From Minisyncoccota bacterium (lineage in GTDB: Bacteria; Patescibacteriota; Minisyncoccia; Phycocordibacterales; JABAAK01): DNA of 64,000 nt. A program made the position numbers and the translations under genes. The stretch is from contig OZ244141.1 in assembly GCA_965216295.1 (NCBI GenBank), forward strand, positions 295,671-359,670, written 5' to 3'. The notes beneath the pieces are model-generated. The model was not told where the DNA came from and ran no database searches. It saw nothing but the letters and a program-made list of their open reading frames with translations. This document shows positions 17,938 through 28,317 of the stretch, piece after piece (the first letter of the stretch is position 1; the number at the start of each line of letters is the position of its first letter).

Positions 17938-20388
17938 ATGGCTAAAAAAGACGACATACAGAAACAACCACAAGGAGTAGTCCAAGAAGATATAAGCACT
18001 GAGATGCGTAAAGCATATCTCGACTATGCGATGTCCGTCATTACCACCCGAGCGCTCCCAGATATTCGAGATGGTCTTAAGCCAGTGAATCGTCGCATCC
18101 TCTACGCTATGCATGGTATGGGATTACGATCAACGGTGAAGACAAGAAAATCTGCAGCAGTAACTGGTGAGGTACTTGGTAAATTTCACCCTCACGGTGA
18201 CAGTGCGGTATATGAAGCAATGGTCAAGTTAGTGCAACCATTTACCACTCGGTATCCCCTCGTTATCGGACAAGGAAACTTTGGATCAATTGATGGTGAT
18301 AACGCTGCTGCTGCTCGATACACTGAGGTGAAACTATCAAAAATAGCAGAAGAGATGGTGGTTGCGATTGATAAAGAGACCGTACCGTTTCGTCCAAACT
18401 ATGAAAACACACTGAAGGAGCCTGTGGTATTACCTGCAATACCACCGTTGCTACTGCTCAACGGAACGCTTGGTATTGCCGTTGGAATGGCAACAAACAT
18501 TCCACCTCATAATCTACGAGAAATCTGTGAAGCGACACTGTATCTCATTGAACACCCACAAGCAACCACAGAAGATATCATGCAATTCGTACAAGGTCCT
18601 GACTTTCCACTCGGTGCTGTTGCGTACGATACTAATGCTATGAAACAAGTGTATGCCACAGGGCGAGGCGGTATTATCGTTCGTGGAGAATCAGAAATAG
18701 TGGAGACACCCAAAGGCACTGCCATCATCATTACTTCAATTCCATACCGAGTGAATAAGTCTGAGTTAATTGGAAAGATAGGCACATTGGTGCGTGATAG
18801 AAAGATAGAAGGAGCAAAAGATTTGCGAGATGAATCGACTGAAGATATTCGCATTGTATTGGAATTGAAAGGATCGGCACAGCCATACCGTATTCAAAAT
18901 ATACTCTACAAGCACACACAACTGGAAGATGTTTTTCACTACAATATGGTGGCACTCATTGATGGGGTTCCACAAACAGTCAACTTACAGACACTCCTAC
19001 AAAGCTACATTGGTCACCGTCGTATTGTGGTGGAACGTCGCTTTACCTTTGAATTGAATCGCGCAAAAGAACAAGAACATATATTCAGTGGATTAAAAAA
19101 AGCACTTGATCACATTGATGCCATTATCTCTCTCATACGAGGATCAAAAGATGTTGCAACTGCACGGAAAGCATTAATGAAGAAATTTTCATTTTCTGAG
19201 AAGCAGACACAAGCTATTCTTGAGATGAAGTTGCAGAAGCTGGCTGGTCTTGAGCGAAAGAAAGTGGAAGATGAATTGAAACAATTGCAAAAAACAATAG
19301 CAACTATTGAAGCAATATTGAAGAGCAGTAAAAAGATTGATGCAGAAGTTTCTAAAGAAATAGTTCATCTTCGCGATACGTATGGTGATGATCGTCGTAC
19401 TAAAATTGTTCAACAAGCACCAGGAACTATTGCCCACGATGACCTTATCCCTGAAACATTGTGTATGCTCATGATTACTGAAGGGGGATATATCAAAAAG
19501 ACAGCATACGATGCCTATAAAAAACAAAAAAGAGGTGGTATTGGTACCAAAGGTGCTGAATTGAAAGCAGAAGATTTCACTACAATATCGCTGAGTGCTC
19601 ATTCACACGACACTCTCTTCTTCTTTACCGATCGTGGCAAGGTGTACAAGTTAAAGACGTATGATATTCCAGAAGGGAAGCGTACTTCGAAAGGTCGTGC
19701 TTTAGTTAATTTCATTGGTATTGATACTGATGAGCGAGTAACATCAATTGTTCCTGTTTCAAAATCCATTGAAAAAAAAGGATACCTTTTGTTTGTCACG
19801 AAAAAAGGGGTGGTAAAAAAAGTTGCGGTAAAGCAGTTTGATAACATTCGTAAAACTGGCATCATTGCAATTTCACTTGAATCAAAAGATCAACTCGTTA
19901 GTGTGAATTTACTCTCAAGTGAGGATGATGTTTTTCTCGCAACTGGCAAGGGAAAATCTATTCGTTTCAAAGGAAGTGATGTTCGTGCAACGGGAAGGGG
20001 TGCAAAAGGAGTGCGGGGCATTATGTTACAAAAAGACGATACAATCATTGGCGGATTAATACTTCCCAAAGAGGTCAAAGAGAATGTTAAGATTTTAATT
20101 GTTTCTGCCAAGGGATATGGGAAACAAACTAAAAATAATGCGTTTAAAGTGCAGAAACGCGGTGGTTCTGGTATTAAGGTCGCAGACATTACAGAGAAAA
20201 CGGGGCGACTCATTAGCGCACACATGGTCGATGATGCAGGTGCCGATATGGTTGCCATGTCACGAAAAGGGCAGATAGTGCGTTTCAGTACCAACGAAGT
20301 GCCAACACAAGGAAGGCAAACCCAAGGGGTGCGCATCATGCGTTTGCGAGGTGATGATACTGTGACATCTTCAAACAAGTTACAATAA
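17938..20388 (+). CDS. gyrA: DNA gyrase subunit A
   Basis: 816 aa. N-terminal [28 protein letters not shown] with the catalytic Tyr region, and C-terminal beta-pinwheel repeats. Confidence 0.9.
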   Translation: MAKKDDIQKQPQGVVQEDISTEMRKAYLDYAMSVITTRALPDIRDGLKPVNRRILYAMHGMGLRSTVKTRKSAAVTGEVLGKFHPHGDSAVYEAMVKLVQPFTTRYPLVIGQGNFGSIDGDNAAAARYTEVKLSKIAEEMVVAIDKETVPFRPNYENTLKEPVVLPAIPPLLLLNGTLGIAVGMATNIPPHNLREICEATLYLIEHPQATTEDIMQFVQGPDFPLGAVAYDTNAMKQVYATGRGGIIVRGESEIVETPKGTAIIITSIPYRVNKSELIGKIGTLVRDRKIEGAKDLRDESTEDIRIVLELKGSAQPYRIQNILYKHTQLEDVFHYNMVALIDGVPQTVNLQTLLQSYIGHRRIVVERRFTFELNRAKEQEHIFSGLKKALDHIDAIISLIRGSKDVATARKALMKKFSFSEKQTQAILEMKLQKLAGLERKKVEDELKQLQKTIATIEAILKSSKKIDAEVSKEIVHLRDTYGDDRRTKIVQQAPGTIAHDDLIPETLCMLMITEGGYIKKTAYDAYKKQKRGGIGTKGAELKAEDFTTISLSAHSHDTLFFFTDRGKVYKLKTYDIPEGKRTSKGRALVNFIGIDTDERVTSIVPVSKSIEKKGYLLFVTKKGVVKKVAVKQFDNIRKTGIIAISLESKDQLVSVNLLSSEDDVFLATGKGKSIRFKGSDVRATGRGAKGVRGIMLQKDDTIIGGLILPKEVKENVKILIVSAKGYGKQTKNNAFKVQKRGGSGIKVADITEKTGRLISAHMVDDAGADMVAMSRKGQIVRFSTNEVPTQGRQTQGVRIMRLRGDDTVTSSNKLQ

Positions 20389-20394
20389 TTGTGT

Positions 20395-21696
20395 ATGGCT
20401 CAAAAAAATACATTTAGCATTGTTTTAACAGCTATTTTTGGCGTCCTCTTACTTGTTGGTTTTGCTAGCTTTGCTCTCTTTGGAAAAGTTAATCCTCCTG
20501 ATGCAGCAGGAGATAGTATTCTCTATCGAGTGCATGTTTGGGGAACACTGCCAGAGTATGTTTTAGAACCAATTATTGAAATATTAAATAGTCAGGAAGG
20601 AGCTAGTTATAGCGAAATTGTTTATTCTCAAAAAAACCCCAAAACGTTTATAGAAGAATATGTTCGTGCCATTGCTATTGGCAAAGGACCATCACTTGTT
20701 TTACTTCCACATGAAGTATTGTTGCAAAATCAGGATGTTTTACAATTAATACCGTACAATTCGGTGGTACCGAGATCTGAATATGAGAATCTATTTATCT
20801 CTGCGGCAGATGTTTTTTGGAAAGACAAAGGTGCTCTTGCCATACCATTTCTTACTGATCCACTTATTCTGTACTATAACGAGAATATTAGAATTAAGAG
20901 TCGTATTCCAGATATCACAGAATATACATGGGAGATGTTTACTGCTGATTCTGTGTTCAAAAATGCGATACAGCGCGTTGGCACATCGGTACATCAAGCG
21001 TTATTTCCATTCGGTGTGGCAGGTAACTATGCTAACGTTGCCGACGTGTTCACGACATTGATATTGCAGGTACAATCAACTCAGTCAAGAACAGGAATTT
21101 CAGATGTTTTCTCATTTTTTGAAACATTCGCTAATCCAAAAAGTCCATTGTATACCTGGAACGCATCACTTCCTGAGGCGCGAAACATGTTCATCTCTGA
21201 GAAATTACTTTTTTATATTGGTTTTGCGAGTGAGTATGAGAGTATTCGAAGGCAAAACCCCAATCTTGTCTTTCGGGTTGCGGTAGTGCCACAGATAGCT
21301 GAAGGGGCTACTCGTCCAAGTACCTTCACTCGTCTCCATGCATTTGCCTTACCAAACAGAGTACAGATACCTGATGCAGCACTTCAAGCAGCATACGACA
21401 TACTTCGTTCTGTACTTACTTCAGCAAGAGGTGGCAAGGCACTTGAAGAAGAGCGGAAGCAGATAACGGCATTTTTTTCTATACCACCGGCGGTACGTGA
21501 TTTTACTCCGCCAGCAGACGCACCGTATTACTGGAATATTTTTGCACGGTCTGCACAAATTGGAGAAACTTGGTATGACACACAGCATATCCAAAGTAAG
21601 GAAGAGATTATTAATGCTATTAATGCTTTTAACAAAGGAGCAGCATCAATTGGTGAAGCGGAAAGATTACTACCTAAAGGATTAGTTAATAGGTAA
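20395..21696 (+). CDS. membrane-anchored extracellular protein, possibly solute-binding-protein-like; hypothetical
   Basis: About 433 aa with an N-terminal TM anchor, starting 7 nt after the gyrA stop. Weak resemblance to periplasmic binding proteins. No ABC transporter partners are nearby. Confidence 0.4.
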   Translation: MAQKNTFSIVLTAIFGVLLLVGFASFALFGKVNPPDAAGDSILYRVHVWGTLPEYVLEPIIEILNSQEGASYSEIVYSQKNPKTFIEEYVRAIAIGKGPSLVLLPHEVLLQNQDVLQLIPYNSVVPRSEYENLFISAADVFWKDKGALAIPFLTDPLILYYNENIRIKSRIPDITEYTWEMFTADSVFKNAIQRVGTSVHQALFPFGVAGNYANVADVFTTLILQVQSTQSRTGISDVFSFFETFANPKSPLYTWNASLPEARNMFISEKLLFYIGFASEYESIRRQNPNLVFRVAVVPQIAEGATRPSTFTRLHAFALPNRVQIPDAALQAAYDILRSVLTSARGGKALEEERKQITAFFSIPPAVRDFTPPADAPYYWNIFARSAQIGETWYDTQHIQSKEEIINAINAFNKGAASIGEAERLLPKGLVNR

Positions 21697-21732
21697 TGAA
21701 ATGTAACATACATACTATATACTGCAGGTATT

Positions 21733-22083
21733 ATGATTGAGATTTATGCACATGGAGCAACGGTAAACAATCCAATACAGGCGAGTAGTTTTGAGAGTTT
21801 AACGTTGAAAATCCTTGATGGAGTGGTTGACGTTCTAATTCCTTTTATGATTTTAGCGGTTGTGTGGACAGGCACACTACTGGTCTTTTCGATAGGAAAA
21901 CCAGAAGCTATGGTTCGCAGTCGTAATCATTTACTCTGGACATTGATTGGTTTCATTATTGTACTTGCGGCAAAGGGTATTCTCAAAGTTGTTGAAACAA
22001 CAGTGAAAGATGTGCAAGAAATAGCGGTTGTTTATATCAATGAAACAGTAGTACCGCATACATTACAAAACAGGTATGTATAA
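21733..22083 (+). CDS. small two-TM protein (first member of the tandem paralog array)
   Basis: 116 aa with two hydrophobic helices separated by the charged loop SIGKPEAMVRSRNH. Confidence 0.5.
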   Translation: MIEIYAHGATVNNPIQASSFESLTLKILDGVVDVLIPFMILAVVWTGTLLVFSIGKPEAMVRSRNHLLWTLIGFIIVLAAKGILKVVETTVKDVQEIAVVYINETVVPHTLQNRYV

Positions 22084-22399
22084 TATATTTCATAATCGAT
22101 TTATCATTTGTTGTTCAGGTTTGTTTTTTTTTGTGATGAGCACGGTGTTGGCTTTTGCACAACCAACACTCCAAGGCATTGCTGACACGATAACCGGTCT
22201 TTTTGCGTTTGGATTGATACCTCTCGCAATGGCACTTCTTTTCCTTTTCTTTTTCTGGAATATAGCGGTCTTTTTGTTTAGAGAGGGAGACTACAAAAAA
22301 CGAGCAAAAGAAAGACTCTTATGGTCAATTGTTTGGGTATTTATGCTATTTTCACTATATGGGTTTGTTATCGTTTTACGCATTTTATTCACTTATTAA
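22076..22399 (+). CDS. small secreted two-TM protein, VirB2/TrbC-pilin-like topology (paralog 2)
   Basis: 107 aa. Sec-type signal peptide ending AFAQ, then two TM helices (LIPLAMALLFLFFFWNIAVFLF; LLWSIVWVFMLFSLYGFVIV) separated by REGDYKKRAKER. Confidence 0.6.
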   Translation: MYNIFHNRFIICCSGLFFFVMSTVLAFAQPTLQGIADTITGLFAFGLIPLAMALLFLFFFWNIAVFLFREGDYKKRAKERLLWSIVWVFMLFSLYGFVIVLRILFTY

Positions 22400-22533
22400 T
22401 GACGCATATACAGTATGGTTAGAGTATGGATTTTAGAATTCCACACTCTCTATCTCTCTTCTAGATCTACCTGGTATACTATAAGTATTGATTGGTTAGG
22501 TGTGTTTATTAGATTTACGTAGTTACTATAATT

Positions 22534-22947
22534 ATGAAAGTTGGTGTATTTACTATTAAAAAAGATAGTTTAATCTATTCTTTATTCTTTACAATTCTCT
22601 TGTTTGTATTGCAAGTGAGTTTTGTGTTTGCACAAGGTGAACTTGATCGTTTTCAAGAGACTCTTGAAGATGTATCAAATCTTGTTAATACCTCGTCATT
22701 TATTGCTATCGGTCTCGCCTTTCTTTTCTTCTTTTGGAATTTAGCAACGTTTATTCTTTCGGCTGATACTGAAGCCAAAGAAACAGCGAAGGGGAAAATG
22801 GGTTGGGCTATTATTGCAATCTTTGTTATAACTGCCATTTGGGGAATTGTTGCTTTCATCGGTGGTGCACTTGGAATAGATCCTGAAGAAAAAGCGAACG
22901 TATTCGACTTACCTGCCTATGGAGCATCTAGCGTCCTTGGAAATTGA
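22534..22947 (+). CDS. small secreted two-TM protein (paralog 3)
   Basis: 137 aa. Signal peptide ...SFVFAQG and core SSFIAIGLAFLFFFWNLATFILSADTEAKETAKGKMGWAIIAIFVITAIWGIVAFIGG. Confidence 0.65.
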   Translation: MKVGVFTIKKDSLIYSLFFTILLFVLQVSFVFAQGELDRFQETLEDVSNLVNTSSFIAIGLAFLFFFWNLATFILSADTEAKETAKGKMGWAIIAIFVITAIWGIVAFIGGALGIDPEEKANVFDLPAYGASSVLGN

Positions 22948-23116
22948 TATCTTATTCTGTATTTATGCTCGTTTGTTGAATGGGTGGGTGTAGTGAATTT
23001 TGAGAATCTGGTTGGGAGAGAGGGGTGTAGGTAGCATTTTTCATGTTTTGATTTTTACTACCCCTCTTTCATCCCTGAGAGGGTGTGGTCACCATTGTGT
23101 GCCGTATAATGAATAT

Positions 23117-23662
23117 ATGCTAGCGAGTTGTGTTTATACAAAAAATAGAGTAATAGTGATTGTTGCTGTATCTGTGAGTATATTTTTATATTTTCTTGCT
23201 AACATGGTCAGCGCTGCTCCGGCACCACCACCAACGGCAGTTGACGAAGTTACTAGAATAACGGATGTTGTACGAGGGATTATAGTTTTGGTTAATATTC
23301 TTTCTTTTATAGCAATTGGTTTAGCTTTTTTATATTTCTTTTACAACCTAGCAACCTCAATATTGCAATCAGATTCTATTGAAAAAAGGGCAGAAGCATA
23401 CAGGAGAACGGTATGGGGCATTATCGCAATATTTATTCTTGTGAGTATATGGGGAATTATGCAATTTCTAGGAAGCCTTATATTTGGAAGTAATGTTTCT
23501 GGAGTATCCTTTGTAATACCGATACCTGAAACAATAAAGACCAAACAAACCCTACGATCAGGGACCGGTACTGATATGAAAGTAGTTAAAGAGGACGGTA
23601 CTGATATGAAAATAGTTAAAGAGGGCGGTACTGATATGTCAGTATCACCAGGTGGTAATTAA
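23117..23662 (+). CDS. small secreted two-TM protein with C-terminal GTDMK(V/I)VKE tandem repeats (paralog 4)
   Basis: Start chosen at the internal ATG at 23117, which gives a signal peptide. The core SFIAIGLAFLYFFYNLATSILQSD...WGIIAIFILVSIWGIMQFLG is near-identical in pattern to paralog 3. Confidence 0.6.
   Translation: MLASCVYTKNRVIVIVAVSVSIFLYFLANMVSAAPAPPPTAVDEVTRITDVVRGIIVLVNILSFIAIGLAFLYFFYNLATSILQSDSIEKRAEAYRRTVWGIIAIFILVSIWGIMQFLGSLIFGSNVSGVSFVIPIPETIKTKQTLRSGTGTDMKVVKEDGTDMKIVKEGGTDMSVSPGGN
23566..23645 (+). repeat. 33-bp coding tandem repeat (about 2.5 copies) encoding GTDMK(V/I)VKE(D/G)
   Basis: ggtactgatatgaaaRtagttaaagaggRc is repeated head-to-tail inside the 23117..23662 gene. 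Confidence 0.75.
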
Positions 23663-23700
23663 TAGCTATACAATAGACTGATGATAGATAATAAAATAAT

Positions 23701-23967
23701 ATGTTAGTATTTTCTCAGAGTTTGACAGTTAATGGTTTTGTTGATAACGTATTTACTCATGTCGTTAACCCTGTTATCATTATTCTTTTTTACTTAGCAC
23801 TTTTTTGGTTCGTATGGCATTTAGCACTATATTTACTAAATTCAGAAGATGCTGGAAAAAGAAAGGAGAATCTAAAGCACATACTCTACGGATCAATAGG
23901 TTTGTTTATTATTGTTTCTATACAAACTATTTTCCTTTTCCTTAATAGGCTAGCCGAAGTGGGATGA
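23701..23967 (+). CDS. small two-TM protein (paralog 5)
   Basis: 88 aa. Two TM helices (IIILFYLALFWFVWHLALYLL; ILYGSIGLFIIVSIQTIFLFL) separated by NSEDAGKRKENLKH. Confidence 0.5.
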   Translation: MLVFSQSLTVNGFVDNVFTHVVNPVIIILFYLALFWFVWHLALYLLNSEDAGKRKENLKHILYGSIGLFIIVSIQTIFLFLNRLAEVG

Positions 23968-23997
23968 TATAAATATTTAATTTTATGTCGTAATGAA

Positions 23998-24084
23998 TGG
24001 TGCCGAGGAGAGGACTTGAACCTCCACGGGATTAATCCCACTTGCTCCTAAGGCAAGCGCGTCTACCAATTTCGCCACCTCGGC
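23998..24084 (-). tRNA. tRNA-Leu (anticodon TAG), long variable arm, CCA encoded
   Basis: Reverse complement gives GCCGAGGTGGCGAAATTGGTAGACGCG ... CTTGC-CTTAGGA-GCAAG ... GGTTCAAGTCC ... CCTCGGCACCA, 87 nt. Confidence 0.85.
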
Positions 24085-24094
24085 TTTTTGCATG

Positions 24095-24167
24095 TCCGCC
24101 CACTAGGATTCGAACCTAGGACCTACCGGTTAAGAGCCGGTTGCTCTACCAGCTGAGCTATGAGCGG
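24095..24167 (-). tRNA. tRNA-Lys (anticodon CTT)
   Basis: Reverse complement gives CCGCTCA-TA-GCTCAGCTGGTAGAGC-A-ACCGG-CTCTTAA-CCGGT-AGGTC-CTAGGTTCGAATCCTAG-TGGGCGG-A. The 5' end is C1:G72. Confidence 0.75.
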
Positions 24168-24206
24168 TCTGTGTCCATACCGCTTTTGTATAGTAACACC
24201 ATCTAG

Positions 24207-24292
24207 TGCCGGAGGTGGGAATTGAACCCACACACTCGTATTTGAGTACACGATTTTAAGTCGTGCGCGTCTACCAATTTCGCCACTCCGGC
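24207..24292 (-). tRNA. tRNA-Leu (anticodon TAA), long variable arm
   Basis: Reverse complement gives GCCGGAGTGGCGAAATTGGTAGACGCG-CACGA-CTTAAAA-TCGTG ... GGTTCAATTCC ... CTCCGGC-A, 86 nt. No encoded CCA. Confidence 0.85.
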
Positions 24293-24300
24293 AACACTTG

Positions 24301-24660
<360 letters not shown>

Positions 24661-24668
24661 AGCTATCT

Positions 24669-26210
24669 TTACGTTTTTGTTGTAGTGTTTGTGACTGCGT
24701 CTGGTAATCCAATCACAGTGTCTTGCAATTGAGGTACGGTATCACCTTTGAATTTTGCCGCAAATTGCTCTTTTTCACCTGTGACAGAATCTTGTTTTTT
24801 ACTATGCTGTTCGATGGTTTCAATGGTGTATTCACCAATGGTACGATTCCCTCGCTGAGTGAGTACCTTCTGTCCAGTATGGAAGGTCCCGTACACTACC
24901 TGCATACCACAGATAGAGACACCTTGGTTTTCTTGTTGTTGAAAGAGGCGTATAACGGTTGCTTCGCCTGTTCTTTGTTGTAGTTTAGATTTTCGCAACA
25001 CTTGTTGGCAAATTTCTTGAGACCACTTTGCTACCTCATAAACAGTGGAGAATATGACACAGACAACGTTCAGCCGTTCTATAGTTGCTTTTACTTTTGC
25101 ATCAATGGTGGTATGGAATCCAATAATGTAGGCATGCTCATGCGTCCCTGCGAAGGTAATGTCGTCTTCGGTGATTGGACCGACACCTGTTTTAATGACT
25201 CGAAAGTGTACCTCTGGGTGTGATGTTTTTTCTATGTACTGCATAACGGAGGTTAATCCTCCCGCCGTGTCTGCTTTTAAGATGACGGGTAAGATGCATC
25301 CGGTTTTTCTTTCACCCTCTTTTATTTTTTGTGTATTATTTTTTTCCTCTTCCCATGCTACTTTTTTTGCCACAGCGTCTCGTTTACTATCAAAAAGAAA
25401 AGCCGCTTCACCAATTGGAGGAATAGTATCAAAACCAATAATGCGAATTGGTGTTGATGGGTATGCTTCTTGTATATCTTCACCTTTGTCATTTTGCATC
25501 ATACGAGTTGGTGCCACAGATCCACCAACCACCACAAATTGTTTTTTCGCAATTCTTCCTTGTTGCACAATGACTGTTGCTGCAATACCACTTTTTGCAT
25601 CAATGTCTGCTTCAATAGTCACGCCAATTGGTGATTTTTCAGTAATAACTCCTTTTTGTTTTGTAACCTCATAGAGGTCAGCGGTGAGAAGCACAACTTC
25701 TAAGAGAGAAGCGATACCATCTCGAGTGATTGCTGAAACGCCAACCCATGGAATTGTTCCACCAAGTGATTCAAGAAGTATGTCATGATCAAGAACATCT
25801 TTTTTTACTCGCTCAATGTCTGCGTTTGCTGTATCAGTTTTTGTGAAAACAACAAGAAATGGAATGTCTGCTTCACGAATGGCTCGGTATGCTTCACTTG
25901 TTTGTTCTTTCCAACCCTCCTCTGCAGATATGACTAGTAACGCAATGTCTGCAATACTAATGCCATTTTCTCGTATGTGAGCAAACGCCGCATGACCTGG
26001 AGTATCAATGAGGGTAATGGCACGCATATTGCCTTCGTGAGAGACGGTTATCTCATACGCACCAATGTGCTGAGTGATGTCTCCTGCCTCCTGGAGGGTC
26101 AAATCTGCCTCTCGCAGTGCTTGGAGAAGGGTTGACTTCCCATGATTGATGTGTCCAACGATAGTGACAATAGGTGGTCGGTTGGTTGTTTTGGTTGTAT
26201 GTTGTTCCAT
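24669..26210 (-). CDS. infB: translation initiation factor IF-2 (short form, no long N-terminal extension)
   Basis: 513 aa with the GTPase G1 motif VGHINHGKSTLL, DTPGH, and NKTD-like FTKTD. The downstream beta-barrel and C-terminal domains are present. Confidence 0.85.
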   Translation of the reverse strand: MEQHTTKTTNRPPIVTIVGHINHGKSTLLQALREADLTLQEAGDITQHIGAYEITVSHEGNMRAITLIDTPGHAAFAHIRENGISIADIALLVISAEEGWKEQTSEAYRAIREADIPFLVVFTKTDTANADIERVKKDVLDHDILLESLGGTIPWVGVSAITRDGIASLLEVVLLTADLYEVTKQKGVITEKSPIGVTIEADIDAKSGIAATVIVQQGRIAKKQFVVVGGSVAPTRMMQNDKGEDIQEAYPSTPIRIIGFDTIPPIGEAAFLFDSKRDAVAKKVAWEEEKNNTQKIKEGERKTGCILPVILKADTAGGLTSVMQYIEKTSHPEVHFRVIKTGVGPITEDDITFAGTHEHAYIIGFHTTIDAKVKATIERLNVVCVIFSTVYEVAKWSQEICQQVLRKSKLQQRTGEATVIRLFQQQENQGVSICGMQVVYGTFHTGQKVLTQRGNRTIGEYTIETIEQHSKKQDSVTGEKEQFAAKFKGDTVPQLQDTVIGLPDAVTNTTTKT

Positions 26211-26302
26211 TTGATAAGTATATCTCTCCCATGCCGTTTATACAAACAGATAGTGTTGTAGAGAGGTGTCGTATTCAGAGAATAGTGAGATATACTGGCA
26301 CT

Positions 26303-27490
26303 ATGTTTGGCGGTAGCTATGTGTACCTTGATTCTGGTTCATACACACCAATTGCTCACAAAGTATACAAAAGAATGCAGGAGGTGTTGAAGTTGCAACA
26401 AGGAACAAAGATTGCAAATCCAATCGCTGTTCATACAGCAGGACGAGCGGCAAAGAAAATTGTTGATGATGCCGCTGTTGCGATAGGGTATGGGCTTGGT
26501 GTTTCTGCTGAAAACGTTTTTTTTACTTCCGGTGCGACTGAGGCAAATGATCTTATTATACGAATAGCAATGAGTACAGCGATTAGTAAAGGGATTGATA
26601 CTTCTACAGCACAGGTGGTGGTGAACAGTACAGAGCACGAATCGGTTATTCGTACTGCACGTTCCTGCGCTCACATGTTTGGTAGCAAAGTATGTTTTGT
26701 TGAACCAGATAGTAATGGCTACATACAACCTGAAGCACTTCGTCGAGTACTCAATGACAAAACAGTGTGTGTCAGCATTCAGTATGTCAATAGTGAAACA
26801 GGAGTAGTTCAACCAATTACCAAACTCACTGAAGTGTGTCGGAATTACAATAGCAATATCATATTTCACACCGATGCCGCACAAGCAGGCATCTACTATC
26901 CTTACACACTTTCTGGATTACACGTTGATGCTATTACCTTAGATGGTACTAAAGTATTTGGTCCTCAGGGCATTGGAGTACTTGCGTTTCAAAAACACAC
27001 ACAATACACTGGCAAATCTGGTGAATCAGTTGGATGGGATAAACGACCTGGAACACCATCAGTCGCTTTAATTGCAGGTCTTTCTGTTGCATTCACTCAC
27101 GGTCACAAAAACCGAAAAGTGTTGGTAAAACGATTACAAGAAAAACGTTGGCAGTTAGTTGAGACGCTCGCTTCAGTAACACCAGATGCAATGGTTTCTG
27201 GTACAAAAAGACGTGTTGCAGAGGTACGACAAAATCACTTACAAAATATAGCACCACACATTCTTGCCATTTCATTTCCTCATGTGAATCATGAGTATCT
27301 ACTAACATTACTAGATCAAGAAGGATATGCCGTGAGTGGTTGGTCTGCGTGTGCTCGTAAAGATATTCATTACAAGAAAGCAGAAAGTATTCGTGTGTCA
27401 ATTCTTCCGACAACAACGAAACAACACATTCGTGGTTTTGGCAAGGCACTTATTCGTGTATTGCCACTAGCACAAAAAGGTACCATTTGA
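26303..27490 (+). CDS. cysteine desulfurase (class V aminotransferase, IscS/NifS-like)
   Basis: Shows the PLP-fold pattern (FTSGATEANDLIIR, ...HTDAAQA..., ITLDGTKVFGPQGIGVL). The start is taken at the internal ATG at 26303, where similarity begins; the ORF-track start is a GTG. Confidence 0.7.
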   Translation: MFGGSYVYLDSGSYTPIAHKVYKRMQEVLKLQQGTKIANPIAVHTAGRAAKKIVDDAAVAIGYGLGVSAENVFFTSGATEANDLIIRIAMSTAISKGIDTSTAQVVVNSTEHESVIRTARSCAHMFGSKVCFVEPDSNGYIQPEALRRVLNDKTVCVSIQYVNSETGVVQPITKLTEVCRNYNSNIIFHTDAAQAGIYYPYTLSGLHVDAITLDGTKVFGPQGIGVLAFQKHTQYTGKSGESVGWDKRPGTPSVALIAGLSVAFTHGHKNRKVLVKRLQEKRWQLVETLASVTPDAMVSGTKRRVAEVRQNHLQNIAPHILAISFPHVNHEYLLTLLDQEGYAVSGWSACARKDIHYKKAESIRVSILPTTTKQHIRGFGKALIRVLPLAQKGTI

Positions 27491-27524
27491 AAAACTGTCA
27501 ATCTCACTATATACTGAATACAGT

Positions 27525-28316
27525 ATGTCTTTAGATGAACTGAATAATTCACAGATTGCACTGTTATCCCTGTTGATTTCCTTTGTGGTTGGGGCTGCTA
27601 TGGCTGTTGCCGTATTGGCAGTTTTGATTGATGATATCGTACCCAAAGAAGAACCACAAGGTCAAACGGTTATTAAACAGACAGTTAACCGTATCATTGA
27701 GCGAACAACAACAACTCCAGCATCAGTTGTCGTTGATACGGAGGAGGAGAAAGTTACATTAACAGAGAGAGATTCGCTTTCTCAGACAACAGATCGATTA
27801 AAAAAAGCATTGATACCAATTTCATATAGAGGGTCAAGTGAAACTGTTGGTATTTTTCTTTCTCCCACAGGCGTCATACTCGTACCCAAAACACTTTCAA
27901 TAAACAGAAAGTACACTATTTCTGTGGGAGATACCACACACGAATATGCGGTTACACAAACCACTCCCCAATACTCACTCATAGAGTCAGTTGAACCACT
28001 TGCCGTGGCGGTGTATCTTTCACCTCAAGATGAGGAGGTGTTGCTTGGTATGCCACTTCTTCTGTACGGTGGTATTGATGATGATGAACGACTCTTCTTT
28101 TCAACAGTTTCTCAGGTTGAAGGAGGGAAAGAAGGAGTTACCCGATTCCGTGTTGATGTTCACAATCCATACATCGCCATCCCATCAGTTGTTGTTATCA
28201 ACGGCAAGGTCAGTGGCTTTTTAACAAATGAGAAAATGCAGTGGGTACAGAGCATACCGAAAGAATTTTTTGAAACCATCACATCACTGACAGCTCCACC
28301 AATAGGACAAACATAA
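27525..28316 (+). CDS. membrane-anchored hypothetical protein
   Basis: 263 aa with an N-terminal TM ([25 protein letters not shown]), immediately upstream of clpB. Confidence 0.4.
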   Translation: MSLDELNNSQIALLSLLISFVVGAAMAVAVLAVLIDDIVPKEEPQGQTVIKQTVNRIIERTTTTPASVVVDTEEEKVTLTERDSLSQTTDRLKKALIPISYRGSSETVGIFLSPTGVILVPKTLSINRKYTISVGDTTHEYAVTQTTPQYSLIESVEPLAVAVYLSPQDEEVLLGMPLLLYGGIDDDERLFFSTVSQVEGGKEGVTRFRVDVHNPYIAIPSVVVINGKVSGFLTNEKMQWVQSIPKEFFETITSLTAPPIGQT

Positions 28317-28317
28317 T

